Assembly: GCA_949388605.1 (NCBI GenBank)
Contig: CASKJV010000001.1
Span: 114,352 to 154,351 of the forward strand
DNA: 40,000 nt
Reading direction: 5' to 3'
From: an uncultured Clostridia bacterium
GTDB lineage: Bacteria; Bacillota; Clostridia; TANB77; CAG-508
Part shown: positions 1 through 9,581 of the stretch, one piece after another
Layout: each line of letters begins with the position of its first letter
Numbering within the stretch: position 1 is the first letter of the stretch
Program-made: the position numbers and the translations under genes
The notes under the pieces: model-generated
What the model was told of the DNA's origin: nothing
Seen by the model: the letters and a program-made list of their open reading frames with translations, nothing else
The model's database searches: none

Positions 1-570
1 ATACCAGAAGATATTTCAAAAGAAATAGATGATGGAAACACTAATGAAATAAATAATTCTATCGTAGAAGAAACTTCTAATACAGATATTCAAAAAGTAA
101 CAGAAAATAAACCAGAAGCAACTGAAATAAAGCAAGAAACTAAAGCACAAGAAACTCAAACAAAAACATCTACTAAAAACAATAATAAACCATCAAATAA
201 TAATTCACAAAAGACAGAAACTGTAAAACAAACTACAACAACAGCCAAAACTACAACACAACCTAATACTCAAACCACCAAGCCATCTAATAATGAAAAT
301 AGCAAACCAGAAGAAAAGAAAACAGAACCAGTTATTGAAAGATGCACAAAAAATAGTAATCATGGAATGGGTGTAGGAAATTCAGGAAAATGGTTCAATT
401 CCAAAAGTGAGGCTATTGCATATTATGATAGTCAAACAAAATTATGGAGTAATAAATGGGAAAACTTTGAAATAGATGATAATACTTATTATAAAAATTG
501 CCCTTCTGGATATGAAGTATGGGATTGTATGTACTGTGGCAAATGGACTATCAATTTTTATTACAGGTAA
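1..570 (+). CDS. 3' part of a secreted/surface protein, truncated at the window edge, with a T/N/Q/K/E-rich low-complexity linker and a small Cys-containing C-terminal domain
   Basis: The frame of the 367..570 ORF stays open back to position 1 (my translation found no stop). A hairpin and T-run follow it. Confidence 0.6.
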   Translation: MPEDISKEIDDGNTNEINNSIVEETSNTDIQKVTENKPEATEIKQETKAQETQTKTSTKNNNKPSNNNSQKTETVKQTTTTAKTTTQPNTQTTKPSNNENSKPEEKKTEPVIERCTKNSNHGMGVGNSGKWFNSKSEAIAYYDSQTKLWSNKWENFEIDDNTYYKNCPSGYEVWDCMYCGKWTINFYYR

Positions 571-584
571 TAATGAAAATATAG

Positions 585-613
585 GTCAAGATTAAGTTCT
601 TGGCTCTTTTTTT
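585..613 (+). terminator. Rho-independent terminator candidate
   Basis: GGTCAAGA/TCTTGGC stem (one G-U pair), 6-nt loop, then TCTTTTTTT. Confidence 0.45.
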
Positions 614-628
614 ATGGGAGGAAACTAA

Positions 629-838
629 ATGGAAAAAGAACTATTGAAAGAACTCACAAAATTAGAAAAACAAAAAGATAAACTACTGACAAAGAAACAA
701 GAAATACAAAAGCAAATTGATAATGTTGATAACAAAATAAAAGAATATAAATCTTATAAAAAACAGTATGATAACCTAGAAAAGAAGGTTAATAATTGTA
801 TAAATAATAAACAAGCAGAGGAAAAAACAAATGAATGA
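629..838 (+). CDS. Small K/E-rich coiled-coil-like hypothetical protein
   Basis: ORF preceded by GGGAGG 7 nt upstream of the ATG. Its stop overlaps the next start. Confidence 0.5.
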   Translation: MEKELLKELTKLEKQKDKLLTKKQEIQKQIDNVDNKIKEYKSYKKQYDNLEKKVNNCINNKQAEEKTNE

Positions 839-1406
839 GCAAGATGCGAAAATATTAGAAATGTATTTAAGGGATACTAGAAAGAAGAAAATATTTTTTC
901 TAATTCTCATTATATTATTTATAGCAGTATTTCTTTTATATGGTTATTACACTAAATATAAGAAACCTATAAATGAAATAGATAACTCTATTCAAGAAGA
1001 AATACAAAACAACAATATTATCAATGAAATAGATTCAAAAGAAGAAAATACTTCAACTACTGAAAATATTACTGCACAAGAGAATACTGAAAAACAATTA
1101 AATGAAGTGCAAGAAACACAAATAGAAGAAAAACAAGAAACAACACAAAAAGATGAAAATAAAAAGCAAGAAACAAAAGAGAAAACCACAGATAATACTA
1201 AAACTACTGTAATAAGTGAAAATAAAGAGAAAAAAGCAAGTGAAAAGCCTGCAAATAAAGATTTCTTATTTACAGATGGCTATACAATGGATAATGTAAC
1301 ACAAGCAGCACAAGATTATTTACAGTCATTTAGTTATAGTGGTGAGTGCATTCCGATAAAAGACAAAGAAGGTGTCTATTTAGGAATGAGAGTAACATTT
1401 TATTAA
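831..1406 (+). CDS. Membrane-anchored hypothetical protein (N-terminal TM helix, E/K/T/N-rich linker, small C-terminal domain)
   Basis: Hydrophobic stretch IFFLILIILFIAVFLLYGYY, a low-complexity middle, and a strong terminator downstream. Confidence 0.6.
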   Translation: MNEQDAKILEMYLRDTRKKKIFFLILIILFIAVFLLYGYYTKYKKPINEIDNSIQEEIQNNNIINEIDSKEENTSTTENITAQENTEKQLNEVQETQIEEKQETTQKDENKKQETKEKTTDNTKTTVISENKEKKASEKPANKDFLFTDGYTMDNVTQAAQDYLQSFSYSGECIPIKDKEGVYLGMRVTFY

Positions 1407-1430
1407 AGGGGGAGTACCCTTTATTTTTTT
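1405..1430 (+). terminator. Rho-independent terminator
   Basis: AAAGGG-ggagta-CCCTTT followed by ATTTTTTT. Confidence 0.7.
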
Positions 1431-1461
1431 ACAAATTTTTTATGAAAAGGAGATTTTTTAA

Positions 1462-4400
1462 ATGAAAAATATTAATAAAATTAAGTTAAACAAGAAAATA
1501 GTAGCAATACTTTTACTTTTAATTACTTTAATTAGTAATATTAGTCCAGTATTTGCAGTTTCAAGTTCTGGAACAGGGCAATGGGTAGCTGGACAATGGG
1601 ATTCAAATGTTTATACAACAGACAATAATTCTGGAGTAGGAATGCTTTTAAGAAGATTGGTTAATAATACTACAAAAGAAAAAATCACCGTTTTTTGTGC
1701 GGAGCATGGAGTGGATTGCACGACTGGAGCAATTCATACAGCGACACATCTTGTACCTACAGATGAAAAAACAAAAAGAGCTTGTAAGGTAGCATATTTT
1801 GGTTGGTATAGTAAATATGGCGATTATGTTATTGATGGTGGAATAATGGCAGAATCTATGAAATCAAGAAAAATGGATTATGTTTATACACAACAATATA
1901 TTTGGGAAACTTTGGAACAAAACCATGCAACATTTAAAGATTCAAGTATTCAAAGTGGGTATATTAATTTTAAAAATGATATAAATAACAAAATTAATTC
2001 AATGCAAACAAGACCTAGCTTTGATGGAACAACAATTACAATAGATGCAGGAGATACAAAAACATTAACAGATACAAATGGAGTATTGGCAGATTATTGT
2101 AGCATAGATAATACAAAAGATAATGTTAGATTTCAACATACAAAAGGAGAAAATACTCTAACAATTACAGTACCAGATAATTGTAATGTTGAAAGAATTA
2201 ATATTTCAGATAATACATTTAAAGAATGGGGAATGATAAAAGAAGAATCAAGAGATCAAGATACAACAATATATTTCTCTTTCGCAAATGGAGTTCAAAA
2301 TCAGCTAATGGCTTTACACTATAATGATCCAGTACCAATGGCAATGAGTGTTCAAATTAATTTAACTGGAAAATTAGAGTTGACAAAATTAGATACAGAT
2401 CATAATTTAATTAATGGAGCTGTATTTAATATTACAGGTCCAAATGGTTATAATCAAGATGTAACTGTTGCAAATGGAAAAATTTTAGTTGAAAACTTAA
2501 AAAAGGGAACATACACTATTAAGGAAAAAACTGCTCCAACTGGATACATATTAAATACACAAAGCTATAATGTTGAAATAAAAACAAATGAAACAACAAC
2601 ACAAATCATTGAAAATGCTGAACCTACTGGAACTATAGAAATACACAAAAGAGATAAGGAAACAAAAACAGTACCACAAGGAGATGCTGTTTTCTTAAAT
2701 GCAGAATACAAAGTTTATGCAGATGAGGATATTTATAATGTAGCAAGAACATTAAAATATTATTCAAAAAATGATGTAGTTGCAACTATATATGTAGATG
2801 AAAAAGGTGATGGGCAAGTTTCAGATTTACCAATGGGAAAATACTATGTAAAAGAAACAAGGCAACCAGAGGGATACTTTATAGATGAAGAAATATATAG
2901 AGTTACTTTATCATATTTAAACCAAGAAACACCAGTTATATATAAATCTGTAATTAGTAATGAACAAGTGAAAAAACAAAGAATTCATGTGTTCAAAAGT
3001 GGAATTGACATAAATTCTGGTGTTACACCTGGATTAGAGGGTTCACAATTTACAATAAAATTAGAGAAAGATGTAAAAGTAGCATTGGCTAAAGGTTATA
3101 CTTATGAAGAAATATGGGATGGAGTAGATAAACTTGGAAACAAAGTTACAGTAGACAAAGAAAGAGTAAAAGAAGCACAGAAAATAGCAAAAACTTATGA
3201 AGTAATAACAACAGATAATGAGGGAAATGCTTATACTCAAAAGGCTTTACCTTATGGAAAATACATTATGAAAGAAACATATACTCCAGAAGATTATGAA
3301 TCAGTAACAGATATTACATTTAGAATTACACAAGATGAAAGTGAAATACAAGAAATAGCAAAAAAAGTAAAAACTATTGTAGCAAATGATGAGCAACTAG
3401 AAACATACATAAGGCTTATTAAGAAAGATTTAAAAACAGGAAAAAATGTAACTTTAAATAGTGCAACATTTCAAATAATACCTACAGAAGATGTATATGA
3501 TAGAGCAACAAAAACTATATTGCATCAAAAGGGAAAACCAGTTATGCAAAAGATAGGAAGCACAACATATAATTCTTTTACAACTAATGCAGATAATTTA
3601 ATTGTACCAAAACAAAGTTACAATAATACTACTACAGATGGAAAAGGAACAACTACTTTACCATTAAAACTTGAAGTTGGAAGTTACAAAATAACAGAAA
3701 TTCAATTACCAGAAGGATTTTTAGTTCTTGATGAACCAGTATATTTTGATGTAGAAAATATTAGAGGAAATGAACAAGATGAAGATGGAGATTTCATCCA
3801 AGAAGTAATTATAAAAAATGAGCAACCTACAGGAAAAATTGAATTAGACAAATTCATTGCATTAAGAGATAATGTAGATACTTCACTTGTAGATACAAGT
3901 GATTTAAGCAATATTCAATTTACTTTAACAGCTAGTGAAAACATTATTGATATGGCAGATGGAAGTACAATTTATAAAGAAGGACAAGTAGTAGGTGTCT
4001 ATACTTTAGATAAAAAGGGATATTTGACTATTGATGAAATTCCAATGGGCAAATATTATCTACAAGAAATAAAAACTATGAATGGATTAGTATTAAACAG
4101 AAACAAATTTGAAGTAGAATTTGCAAAACAAGATGATACAACTAAAGTTTATGAAAAAGTACAAAAAGTTACAAATGATACAACACTTGTTGAAATATCA
4201 AAAACTGATATTACTGGAGAAAAAGAATTAGAAGGTGCTAAACTAACAGTAATTGATAGTGAAGGTAATATAATAGATTCTTGGACTTCAACAAACGATT
4301 CACACAAGATAGAAGGACTAACAGTTGGAAAAACATATACACTAAAAGAAGAAATTGCCCCTAAAGGATATGTTAGAGCTAGTGAAATACAATTTAAAAT

Positions 4401-5916
4401 CGAAGATACGTCAGAAGTACAAAAAGTTGTTATGATTGACAAAATTGTAGATATGATTAAATCAGATATTGCAGGAGATGAAGTTGAAGGTGCTAAAATG
4501 CAAGTATTTGACAAAGAAGGCAAATTAGTAGATGAGTGGATTTCTGGAAAAGAGGCACACAAAATAGAAAACCTAGTTGAAGGAGAAAAATATACATTAC
4601 ACGAAGAAACTGCTCCAGAAGGCTATGTCCTTGCAACAGATATTGAATTTGAAGTTACTTTTGAAAAAGGAACACAACATGAGAATATGACAGATAAAGT
4701 TGTTGAAATGAGTAAAGTAGATATTGGTGGCGAAGAAATAGAAGGAGCAACAATACAAGTAAAAGATAAGGACAATAAAGTAATTGATGAATGGGTATCT
4801 GGAAAAGAACCTCATAAAATTAGTAACCTTAAAGAAGGGGAAACATATACATTACATGAAGAAATTACAGCAAAAGGTTATGTAAAAGCTACAGATACAA
4901 CATTCACAGTATCTTTAGACAAAGAAACACAACACGAAAAAATGACAGATAAAATTGTTGAAATTACAAAGGAAAATGTTGCTAGAGAACTTCTTGAAGG
5001 TGCTAAAATGCAAGTGTTTGATGATGAAGGAAATTTAGTAGATGAATGGATTTCTGGAAAAGAAGCACACAGAGTAGAAAATCTAATTGAAGGTGCATCT
5101 TATATTTTACATGAAGAAACAGTACCAGAAGGATATGTAAAAGCAAAAGATGAAAAATTTGAGGTAACTTTAGATAAAGATAATCAAAAAATTGTTATGA
5201 TTGATAAAATGTTATCTGTTACAAAAACAGATTTAACAGATGGGACAGAATTAGAAGGTGCAGAACTAACAGTAACAGATGAAACTGGAAATGTTATTGA
5301 CAAATGGGTTTCAATGAAAGAACCACATATTATTAGTGGTTTAGAGGAAGGTAAGAAATATACACTAACTGAAATTACTGCTCCTTATGGATATGAACTT
5401 ACAGAATCTATCGAATTTGAAGTTTCTTTTGATAAAGAAAATCAATTAGTAGAGATGAAAGATATGCCAATACTAAAATCTATTCAAGTTGAAAAATTAG
5501 ATAAAGATACAAAAGAACATATTAAATCAAACAAATTTGTATTCGGAATTTATGAAGATGAGGCTTGTACTAAACTTATTAGAGAAGCAGGAGCAAATGA
5601 ATATGAAGGAACAGCATTGTTTGATAATCTAAAATATGGAGTTTACTACATTAAAGAAGTTAAAGCACCAACAGGATATAAACTATCAGATCAGATTGTT
5701 AAAATTGAGATAAATGACAAAGGTGTATTTGCTGATGGTGTATCTTTGGAAGAAAAAGATGATATTTATAGTTTTGAATATTACAACTCTTTACTTCCAA
5801 AAATTCAAACAGGAAACGAAACAAACTATCTTCTATTAGGAAGTGTAGCAGTAATTTCTTTAATTGGAGTAATCGGTGGAATTATACTATTAAGAAAAAA
5901 ACACAATGAAAAATAA
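1462..5916 (+). CDS. Large cell-wall-anchored adhesin with an N-terminal thioester-like (TQXA-type) domain and many CnaB/SpaA-type repeats
   Basis: Signal peptide ending VFA. FCAE and TQQYIW motifs. About ten repeats of the (A/T)P(E/T/K)GY(x) signature. C-terminus is LPKIQTG, a hydrophobic helix and RKKHNEK. Confidence 0.9.
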   Translation: MKNINKIKLNKKIVAILLLLITLISNISPVFAVSSSGTGQWVAGQWDSNVYTTDNNSGVGMLLRRLVNNTTKEKITVFCAEHGVDCTTGAIHTATHLVPTDEKTKRACKVAYFGWYSKYGDYVIDGGIMAESMKSRKMDYVYTQQYIWETLEQNHATFKDSSIQSGYINFKNDINNKINSMQTRPSFDGTTITIDAGDTKTLTDTNGVLADYCSIDNTKDNVRFQHTKGENTLTITVPDNCNVERINISDNTFKEWGMIKEESRDQDTTIYFSFANGVQNQLMALHYNDPVPMAMSVQINLTGKLELTKLDTDHNLINGAVFNITGPNGYNQDVTVANGKILVENLKKGTYTIKEKTAPTGYILNTQSYNVEIKTNETTTQIIENAEPTGTIEIHKRDKETKTVPQGDAVFLNAEYKVYADEDIYNVARTLKYYSKNDVVATIYVDEKGDGQVSDLPMGKYYVKETRQPEGYFIDEEIYRVTLSYLNQETPVIYKSVISNEQVKKQRIHVFKSGIDINSGVTPGLEGSQFTIKLEKDVKVALAKGYTYEEIWDGVDKLGNKVTVDKERVKEAQKIAKTYEVITTDNEGNAYTQKALPYGKYIMKETYTPEDYESVTDITFRITQDESEIQEIAKKVKTIVANDEQLETYIRLIKKDLKTGKNVTLNSATFQIIPTEDVYDRATKTILHQKGKPVMQKIGSTTYNSFTTNADNLIVPKQSYNNTTTDGKGTTTLPLKLEVGSYKITEIQLPEGFLVLDEPVYFDVENIRGNEQDEDGDFIQEVIIKNEQPTGKIELDKFIALRDNVDTSLVDTSDLSNIQFTLTASENIIDMADGSTIYKEGQVVGVYTLDKKGYLTIDEIPMGKYYLQEIKTMNGLVLNRNKFEVEFAKQDDTTKVYEKVQKVTNDTTLVEISKTDITGEKELEGAKLTVIDSEGNIIDSWTSTNDSHKIEGLTVGKTYTLKEEIAPKGYVRASEIQFKIEDTSEVQKVVMIDKIVDMIKSDIAGDEVEGAKMQVFDKEGKLVDEWISGKEAHKIENLVEGEKYTLHEETAPEGYVLATDIEFEVTFEKGTQHENMTDKVVEMSKVDIGGEEIEGATIQVKDKDNKVIDEWVSGKEPHKISNLKEGETYTLHEEITAKGYVKATDTTFTVSLDKETQHEKMTDKIVEITKENVARELLEGAKMQVFDDEGNLVDEWISGKEAHRVENLIEGASYILHEETVPEGYVKAKDEKFEVTLDKDNQKIVMIDKMLSVTKTDLTDGTELEGAELTVTDETGNVIDKWVSMKEPHIISGLEEGKKYTLTEITAPYGYELTESIEFEVSFDKENQLVEMKDMPILKSIQVEKLDKDTKEHIKSNKFVFGIYEDEACTKLIREAGANEYEGTALFDNLKYGVYYIKEVKAPTGYKLSDQIVKIEINDKGVFADGVSLEEKDDIYSFEYYNSLLPKIQTGNETNYLLLGSVAVISLIGVIGGIILLRKKHNEK
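4189..5463 (+). repeat. Five tandem ~85-aa (~255-bp) domain repeats inside the adhesin gene
   Basis: Five copies of the pattern D..G.E.EGA...V.D..G..VDEW.SGKE.H...NL.EGE.YTLHEE.APEGYV.A....F.V..DK..Q...M.DK, read from the translation. Confidence 0.85.
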
Positions 5917-5919
5917 TTT

Positions 5920-5946
5920 GAGTGGGTGAAATTCCCACTCTTTTTT
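5920..5946 (+). terminator. Rho-independent terminator after the adhesin gene
   Basis: GAGTGGG-tgaaatt-CCCACTC followed by TTTTTT. Confidence 0.8.
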
Positions 5947-5969
5947 CATTTGTGAGAAAGAGGCAAATT

Positions 5970-6356
5970 ATGATTGAAAGCAATATAATATACAATTTTG
6001 AGGACTTTAGAACAATTATATCAAGTAAATCTCAAATAGATTCCTACTACTTGATATATAATGATTTTTATTTTGAACAGATTGACAAATATACAAATCT
6101 TACTAGAGATACATTCACTATTACTGGAAGATTTGCAAAATCATTCAACATAATTAAATATATGAGTTTTAAAGTTAAAGATAATTATTCGACAAAAGAA
6201 TTATATGAATTTCTTGAATTATCAAAACAACATACAAAGATACTTTTAACAATATACAATCCAAAGAAAAAGGATTGTTTTTTATTATTTATAAGTAATA
6301 GAGATGATTCAAAGTTAGAAAAAGATATTATTAATTTAATAGAAATGGAGAAATGA
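5970..6356 (+). CDS. Hypothetical protein
   Basis: ATG at 5970 with AAGAGG upstream. The tracked start at 5922 lies inside the terminator hairpin and is unlikely. Confidence 0.5.
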   Translation: MIESNIIYNFEDFRTIISSKSQIDSYYLIYNDFYFEQIDKYTNLTRDTFTITGRFAKSFNIIKYMSFKVKDNYSTKELYEFLELSKQHTKILLTIYNPKKKDCFLLFISNRDDSKLEKDIINLIEMEK

Positions 6357-6357
6357 T

Positions 6358-6750
6358 ATGGAAAATCAAGTGAGAATTGTAACAACTAAAAGGGGATATG
6401 AACATATAATAAAGGGCTTAAAAGCAACATTTAATAGCGAAGAAATATTAAATGAAATTATAAACGAAAATACATGTAGTTTTTATGGGAAAAATGTGAT
6501 TTTTATGAAATGGGATAATCCTAAACATTATAGGGTTATTGAAACTTTAATAATGATTTTAATGGGATATAGAAACGCATATAGAATTTGTATAAAAGAA
6601 GGCAATAGAGTAACAATGTATAGTGATGAGTCAATGCCAAATGAACATATAGATTTACCTATGCCAGTAATGGAAAGTAAATTTAATGACAAAGAAACTA
6701 TAAAACAGTTAAGTAAATTTCAAAGAAATAAAAAAACGGAGGAAAATTAG
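6358..6750 (+). CDS. Hypothetical protein, paralogous at its N-terminus to the next gene
   Basis: N-terminus QVRIVTTKRGYEHI resembles RSDIRIITSKKGYEIL of 6751..7200. Tightly packed in the operon. Confidence 0.55.
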   Translation: MENQVRIVTTKRGYEHIIKGLKATFNSEEILNEIINENTCSFYGKNVIFMKWDNPKHYRVIETLIMILMGYRNAYRICIKEGNRVTMYSDESMPNEHIDLPMPVMESKFNDKETIKQLSKFQRNKKTEEN

Positions 6751-7200
6751 ATGGGGTATAGATCTGATATAAGAATAATAACAAGTAAAAAAGGATATGA
6801 AATATTAAAAGAATTTGTAGAAAAATATTTAAAAGAAAATAAATTAGATGTTAAAGACTACAATTTATTGGAAAGTTTGGAAGTAAAAAAAGAAGGAAAA
6901 GAACAAATTTATTTTGGTTGGAACTGGAGAAAGTGGTATGAAGGAGATTATCCAGAAGTAGATGCAATTATGGATGGTATAAATTATCTTGGAGAAAATG
7001 AATATTCATATAGATATATGCGAATTGGAGAAAGCTATGAAGATATTGAAGAACAATCTTATGATGGAGAAAAAGATAATGAAATTTGTATGGAATATCC
7101 AAATATGATAAGAGAATTTGATGATGATTACACAAAAAATCTATTAGAAGATAAAAGAATTGACAATATAGAAGAAAATAAGGAAGAAATTGATATATGA
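6751..7200 (+). CDS. Hypothetical acidic protein (paralogue of 6358..6750)
   Basis: Start abuts the upstream stop (TAG ATG). ATGA overlap with the primase start. Confidence 0.55.
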   Translation: MGYRSDIRIITSKKGYEILKEFVEKYLKENKLDVKDYNLLESLEVKKEGKEQIYFGWNWRKWYEGDYPEVDAIMDGINYLGENEYSYRYMRIGESYEDIEEQSYDGEKDNEICMEYPNMIREFDDDYTKNLLEDKRIDNIEENKEEIDI

Positions 7201-9581
7201 GTGCTTATGATGAAATATTATCAAGTTCAAGTATAGTTAATATTCTTGAATATTATGGATTAAAAGTGAGTAGAAATAAATGCACTTGCCCTTTTCATAA
7301 TGATACACATCCTTCTATGATGGTAAATACCAATAAAGGTATTGCAAAATGTTTTGCTTGTGGCTCTGGAGGAAATACAATATCATTCATACAAAAGTAT
7401 GAAACTGAAATAAATCACAATGCCATTAGTACATTAGAAGCAATGCAAAAAGCAATAGATATACAACATTTGAATATTATTATTCCACAAAATAATACTG
7501 TACCACTAACAGAAGAACAAAAAAAGCAAAAGACATTATCTAATATTCTAAAAGATGCTATTACTGTTTGCGAAAACAATTTAAAAACTAAAAATATTGA
7601 TAGCGAGAGAACTCTTGACTATCTAAAAAGTAGAAATTTATCTACACAAATAATCAATAACTTTCATATAGGATTTAATCCTACTTATGATAATATAACA
7701 AATAATTTGTTATCAAAATATAATATGAAAGACTTGATAAATGTAGGGATTACGAAAGAATCTAAAAATGATTATATTGATATATTTAGCCACAGAATAA
7801 TGATTCCAATATTCGATCAATATGGAAATCCAGTTGGATTTGGTGCGAGAGTATTAGATAGCAATTCCAAACCTAAATATATAAATACAATGGCTACACC
7901 TTTATTCAATAAAAGTGAATTATTATTTAATTATCATAAAGCGAAATCCTTTGCTAGAGATTATGAAATAATAGTAGTTGAAGGATATATGGATGTTATA
8001 AGTGCAAATGCAATGGGATTTGCAAATACTGTAGGAATAATGGGAACAGCCTTAACAAAAGAACAAATTGAATTACTAAAGAAACTAAAATGCGAAATTA
8101 CTCTTTCACTTGATAATGATGATGCTGGTAAAAATTCTACGATTAGAATAATACCAGAGTTGTTAGATGAAGGGTTAGAAGTAAATGTATTGGATATATC
8201 AAAATTAAATGGTAAATACAAAGATTTTGGTGATTTACAAGTAGCAAATATCAAAAAAGAGGATATTTATAAAACAAAGGTATCAGCCTTTATTTTTTTA
8301 CTTGAAAATAAGTATTTGCAAGAACAAAAACTAAATACTGATAATATATATGCCATTTATAAAAAAATGCAAAAAGATGGCTTGATTAAAGATACAAAAG
8401 ACATTATTCGTTTTAAAGAATATATTGTAGATAATACACGTTTTAAGAGCGAGGAGGTTGAAGATATAATTATGCCTAAAGAAGTTCAACAATTATCCAG
8501 AGTAGAAAGATATAAAGGATTATATTTTTACTATTTTATAATGAATCATTTAAAGAAATATGCTACAGATCATCAAGATAGAATTTTACAAAAATATCTT
8601 GAAACTAACGCATTAAGTGAAGAAATTATTGAAAAAACACTAAATAATGAAAATTATCTAAAAGATGGCGAAAATACAATAGATATTAAAAGATATGTAA
8701 ATGAATATATCTATACTTCGGATGAGTATATAAAATTCAAAGAGGATAAAGCATTTATATTAGAAAAATTACTAAACAATGTAAAAAGTTATGATGCAAA
8801 TGGTAATACAGTAAATATAAAATTAACAATAGAGCAAAAAAATATAGTATTAAAGCAATATGAGGAGAGTTTTGATTCTAGTATAAAAGAACTTATAGAA
8901 AATAGCCCAGATGAATATGAGGAATTATATATTGCAAATAATGGAGCACAATTTGCTAAATTATTTCCTAAAACTTATGTAGAAGTAATGAAAGAACAGG
9001 CAATAGAAAGATTTAAAAATGAAAATGTTATGGAAGCAATACGATATGCACTTGCATATACAGAGGATATGAAATCTGCTTTAAGTAGTAAGTATGTAAA
9101 TAACGATAAATATAAGACATTGCTTGTATTCAATAACAACAAAAATATTTTAGGATTAATGCCAGAAAATATAATTAAAGATACAAAAGAAGAAATTGAA
9201 AAAGCACAGGAAATAGTAGAAGAAAAAAAGCAAGATGAAATACAAAATACACAAGTAGAAACTGAAAAAGGTAATAAAGATATGTCAATCTTTATAAAAT
9301 TGTCTGGAAATGAAAAAGAATCATATAAAGGAATTTATTTGCCTATTGATAGTGGAACACAAGTATTTATACCAAAACAACTATATAGGAAAGATAATGA
9401 TAAATTGCAAATATTAAGTTCTCATTCAAATTCTGCCAATATGAGTGAATATTCGATAGATGAGGAACAAAAGACTAAAAAATGGATGTCAAGATTAACT
9501 TTAGATGATTTCTATCATAAGTATTTCAAATTATATGAAATTTCAATGGAAAAAGAGGTGATTCAAAATGCAAGCTACTAA
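7197..9581 (+). CDS. DnaG-like DNA primase (CHC2 zinc finger plus Toprim) with a long C-terminal extension
   Basis: CPFHNDTHPS...CFACGSGGN zinc finger. VVEGYMDVIS and SLDNDDAGK Toprim motifs. Confidence 0.85.
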   Translation: MSAYDEILSSSSIVNILEYYGLKVSRNKCTCPFHNDTHPSMMVNTNKGIAKCFACGSGGNTISFIQKYETEINHNAISTLEAMQKAIDIQHLNIIIPQNNTVPLTEEQKKQKTLSNILKDAITVCENNLKTKNIDSERTLDYLKSRNLSTQIINNFHIGFNPTYDNITNNLLSKYNMKDLINVGITKESKNDYIDIFSHRIMIPIFDQYGNPVGFGARVLDSNSKPKYINTMATPLFNKSELLFNYHKAKSFARDYEIIVVEGYMDVISANAMGFANTVGIMGTALTKEQIELLKKLKCEITLSLDNDDAGKNSTIRIIPELLDEGLEVNVLDISKLNGKYKDFGDLQVANIKKEDIYKTKVSAFIFLLENKYLQEQKLNTDNIYAIYKKMQKDGLIKDTKDIIRFKEYIVDNTRFKSEEVEDIIMPKEVQQLSRVERYKGLYFYYFIMNHLKKYATDHQDRILQKYLETNALSEEIIEKTLNNENYLKDGENTIDIKRYVNEYIYTSDEYIKFKEDKAFILEKLLNNVKSYDANGNTVNIKLTIEQKNIVLKQYEESFDSSIKELIENSPDEYEELYIANNGAQFAKLFPKTYVEVMKEQAIERFKNENVMEAIRYALAYTEDMKSALSSKYVNNDKYKTLLVFNNNKNILGLMPENIIKDTKEEIEKAQEIVEEKKQDEIQNTQVETEKGNKDMSIFIKLSGNEKESYKGIYLPIDSGTQVFIPKQLYRKDNDKLQILSSHSNSANMSEYSIDEEQKTKKWMSRLTLDDFYHKYFKLYEISMEKEVIQNASY

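Noticed and set aside
5922-5969. The tracked start of ORF 5922..6356, and likewise the upstream-extended starts at 30718, 32854, 19347, 23012, 14047 and 39663.
   Set aside because: These starts overlap terminator hairpins or the Shine-Dalgarno sequence itself. Downstream ATG codons with proper SD spacing were preferred.
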